Positions 63,401-64,000 of a stretch of DNA of 64,000 bases are shown piece after piece. The notes under the pieces are model-generated. The model made no database searches, was not told the DNA's origin, and saw only the letters and a list, made by a program, of their open reading frames with translations. The translations under genes were made by a program, and so were the position numbers. How positions within the stretch are numbered: position 1 is the stretch's first letter; the number at the start of each line of letters is the position of its first letter. This DNA comes from Candidatus Kapaibacterium sp. (GTDB lineage Bacteria; Bacteroidota; Ignavibacteria; Kapaibacteriales; UBA2268): NCBI GenBank assembly GCA_963664875.1, contig OY761611.1, positions 1,664,001 through 1,728,000 of the forward strand, in the 5' to 3' direction.

Positions 63401-64000
63401 TTATTTTGCAAAACAACAGTAACATAGATTTGAAAGTAATTAGTCTGTCAAATACTACTCCAAGTAGTGCAATAACTATGACTAATCCTCCTGCAAACTT
63501 TACAATCCCTGCTCAGGGCACTTATTCAATAGACGTTAGTTTCAGTCCATCAGCTGAGCAGTACTATGAAAGTATATATGAGTTTCAGGTAGAAAATGCT
63601 CCTGCTCCAAATACATTCAAACTATCAGGCACAGGTGTAATCCCTGCATATACTCTAAATTGGATTTGCCCGGATGATGTAGATCAAGGCCAATCTTCTC
63701 CTGCATATTTGGAAATAGAAAACACAGGAACTGCTGACTTACTGAAAATATACAACATTAACATTACCAATGGTGCGACTGATTATTCATGGGTCTCTCC
63801 ACATGATGATTTGGAAATAGCAAAAGGTAACAAAGAGACTTTAGAACTTACTTTTAGCCCGGCATTCAGAGGCTCCAGGGAAGTTGTTTTTGACATAATC
63901 TCCGATGCACTCGCTAGTTCAGCTCAAGAACCTAAAATTACAAATACACATAATTTTGATTGCGAAGTACCGGGACTTTTGGTGCCTTCTAATCTTAATT
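60430..64000 (+). CDS. Large secreted VWA + beta-propeller-like + multiple Ig-like (ASH) domain protein (3'-truncated)
   Basis: Absent from the ORF track because it has no stop in the window. MSKLFTYFII signal peptide; IDGSKFPEI; MIDAS ILDRSES...LTDG; repeated NxG...FxP Ig-like motifs; in frame at the window end. Confidence 0.85.
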   Translation, partial: MSKLFTYFIIMLLISITVSQAERYSISAIDGSKFPEIRAYFQAFDNAGNSVENLKPEDFNVFEDGISMDPSLQVVCEEGNKEVSVLLILDRSESMKDTVSTDPLEFRWDWVDYAVRTFVKKINFVGRTTVAVTNFGGTCKITCPFTNNREELLDSLDKIQIVGKTIYDYPFLDPTAGAVELFKTRPDDVRKVAIFLTDGEPTEQPKTDEIINAMQLANIQVYSITLNTPKNIDLNSISRFTGGESWRVDTKKELDDIYNKLAEKLQTQLFCYLSWITKHGCDQESRYRNAKFEYLRISINDGRIIERPFILPEKSVPRLLNSRTKYNLGMAQANETISGYVDFTPLYDDFEVTGARFSNWSTHYSVDWEGRTLPFTIKEGQTESIKVVFKQTNIQTRTANLILEGYPCEKAIPVEAGGVELVIDSPSGGESYSLCDSINILWSGINKNTLIDLSYSTNNGNSWDTITTFARGLTHKWMAPREGQYRLRADKKVSWNWVCPIHGTGEDGATGIHESGNIYAVGFFENTGLFGATEIPKNSNGKKDYFLMSIKPNNGEVNWVTTNGGTKNDSATAVYNDGGTYYVTGSTMDNITFGAKKPNFYAKDKRHLFIAKHDATGKAIDGNILGIMSSNQNKDLEMWGTKVAVVGEDIFIEGEYVGVFDFGYLSLPKTTVPKTFTVTYNKSDLVLKDVKAGSLGGINYPPRKFYHDTYYATKFKDTLRKFNDSLVSRGNTDGVIIKSYSRSSKETYINSQNFAVVSPEITFNANYLEAGDCSLGNSVMRLLTAAVKNNGSIAVSIESEAIVNDPLGEFAIEPSLLGTQIAPGGSLDVTVVFTPKEVGERTAQLLLGVDCLAPQPIALKGNGQCSFEAKAIDFKEVPASVNKTLTNVCVFENLSNDSLIIQPVIEGADAAAFILSKNGIFSVQPGECWTVDITCYSSVAGPKSSYINFNLPEACAENNATLDANIVITDVVVEDINWGNKRVSSINPAQVILQNNSNIDLKVISLSNTTPSSAITMTNPPANFTIPAQGTYSIDVSFSPSAEQYYESIYEFQVENAPAPNTFKLSGTGVIPAYTLNWICPDDVDQGQSSPAYLEIENTGTADLLKIYNINITNGATDYSWVSPHDDLEIAKGNKETLELTFSPAFRGSREVVFDIISDALASSAQEPKITNTHNFDCEVPGLLVPSNLN

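Noticed and set aside
1-64000. CRISPR array, tRNA, rRNA, integrase or transposase
   Set aside because: No regularly spaced repeats, cloverleaf motifs or recognisable recombinase ORFs were seen.

Overview
64-kb chromosomal window from an AT-rich bacterium of the Bacteroidota-Chlorobiota (FCB) supergroup, most like Ignavibacteria/'Ca. Kapabacteria'. This placement is an inference from several T9SS-type C-terminal sorting domains, Ig-like/ASH-domain surface proteins, long-form HutU and an 11-subunit complex I. Most of the window is housekeeping (gcvT, trxA, nuoA-D/H-N, upp, hutU, glyA, dut, creD, an NtrC-type two-component pair). It also carries large secreted adhesin-like proteins at both ends, both truncated by the window, a class D beta-lactamase, an XRE-ImmA/IrrE + PIN module and several REP-like palindrome families. 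No tRNA, rRNA, CRISPR array, integrase or transposase was seen. Main oddities: (1) NuoL has an exact 26-codon duplication in its lateral amphipathic helix, the signature of complex I with a fourth pumping subunit, yet the operon has only one nuoM and no nuoEFG; (2) an unannotated 52-aa ORF resembling only the toxin-binding C-terminus of MazE lies in a three-gene block flanked by degenerate REP direct repeats; (3) a lectin/T9SS adhesin gene contains a near-perfect 1062-bp in-frame tandem repeat; (4) a doubly disrupted secreted CxxC protein gene. All calls were made by eye, with no database searches.
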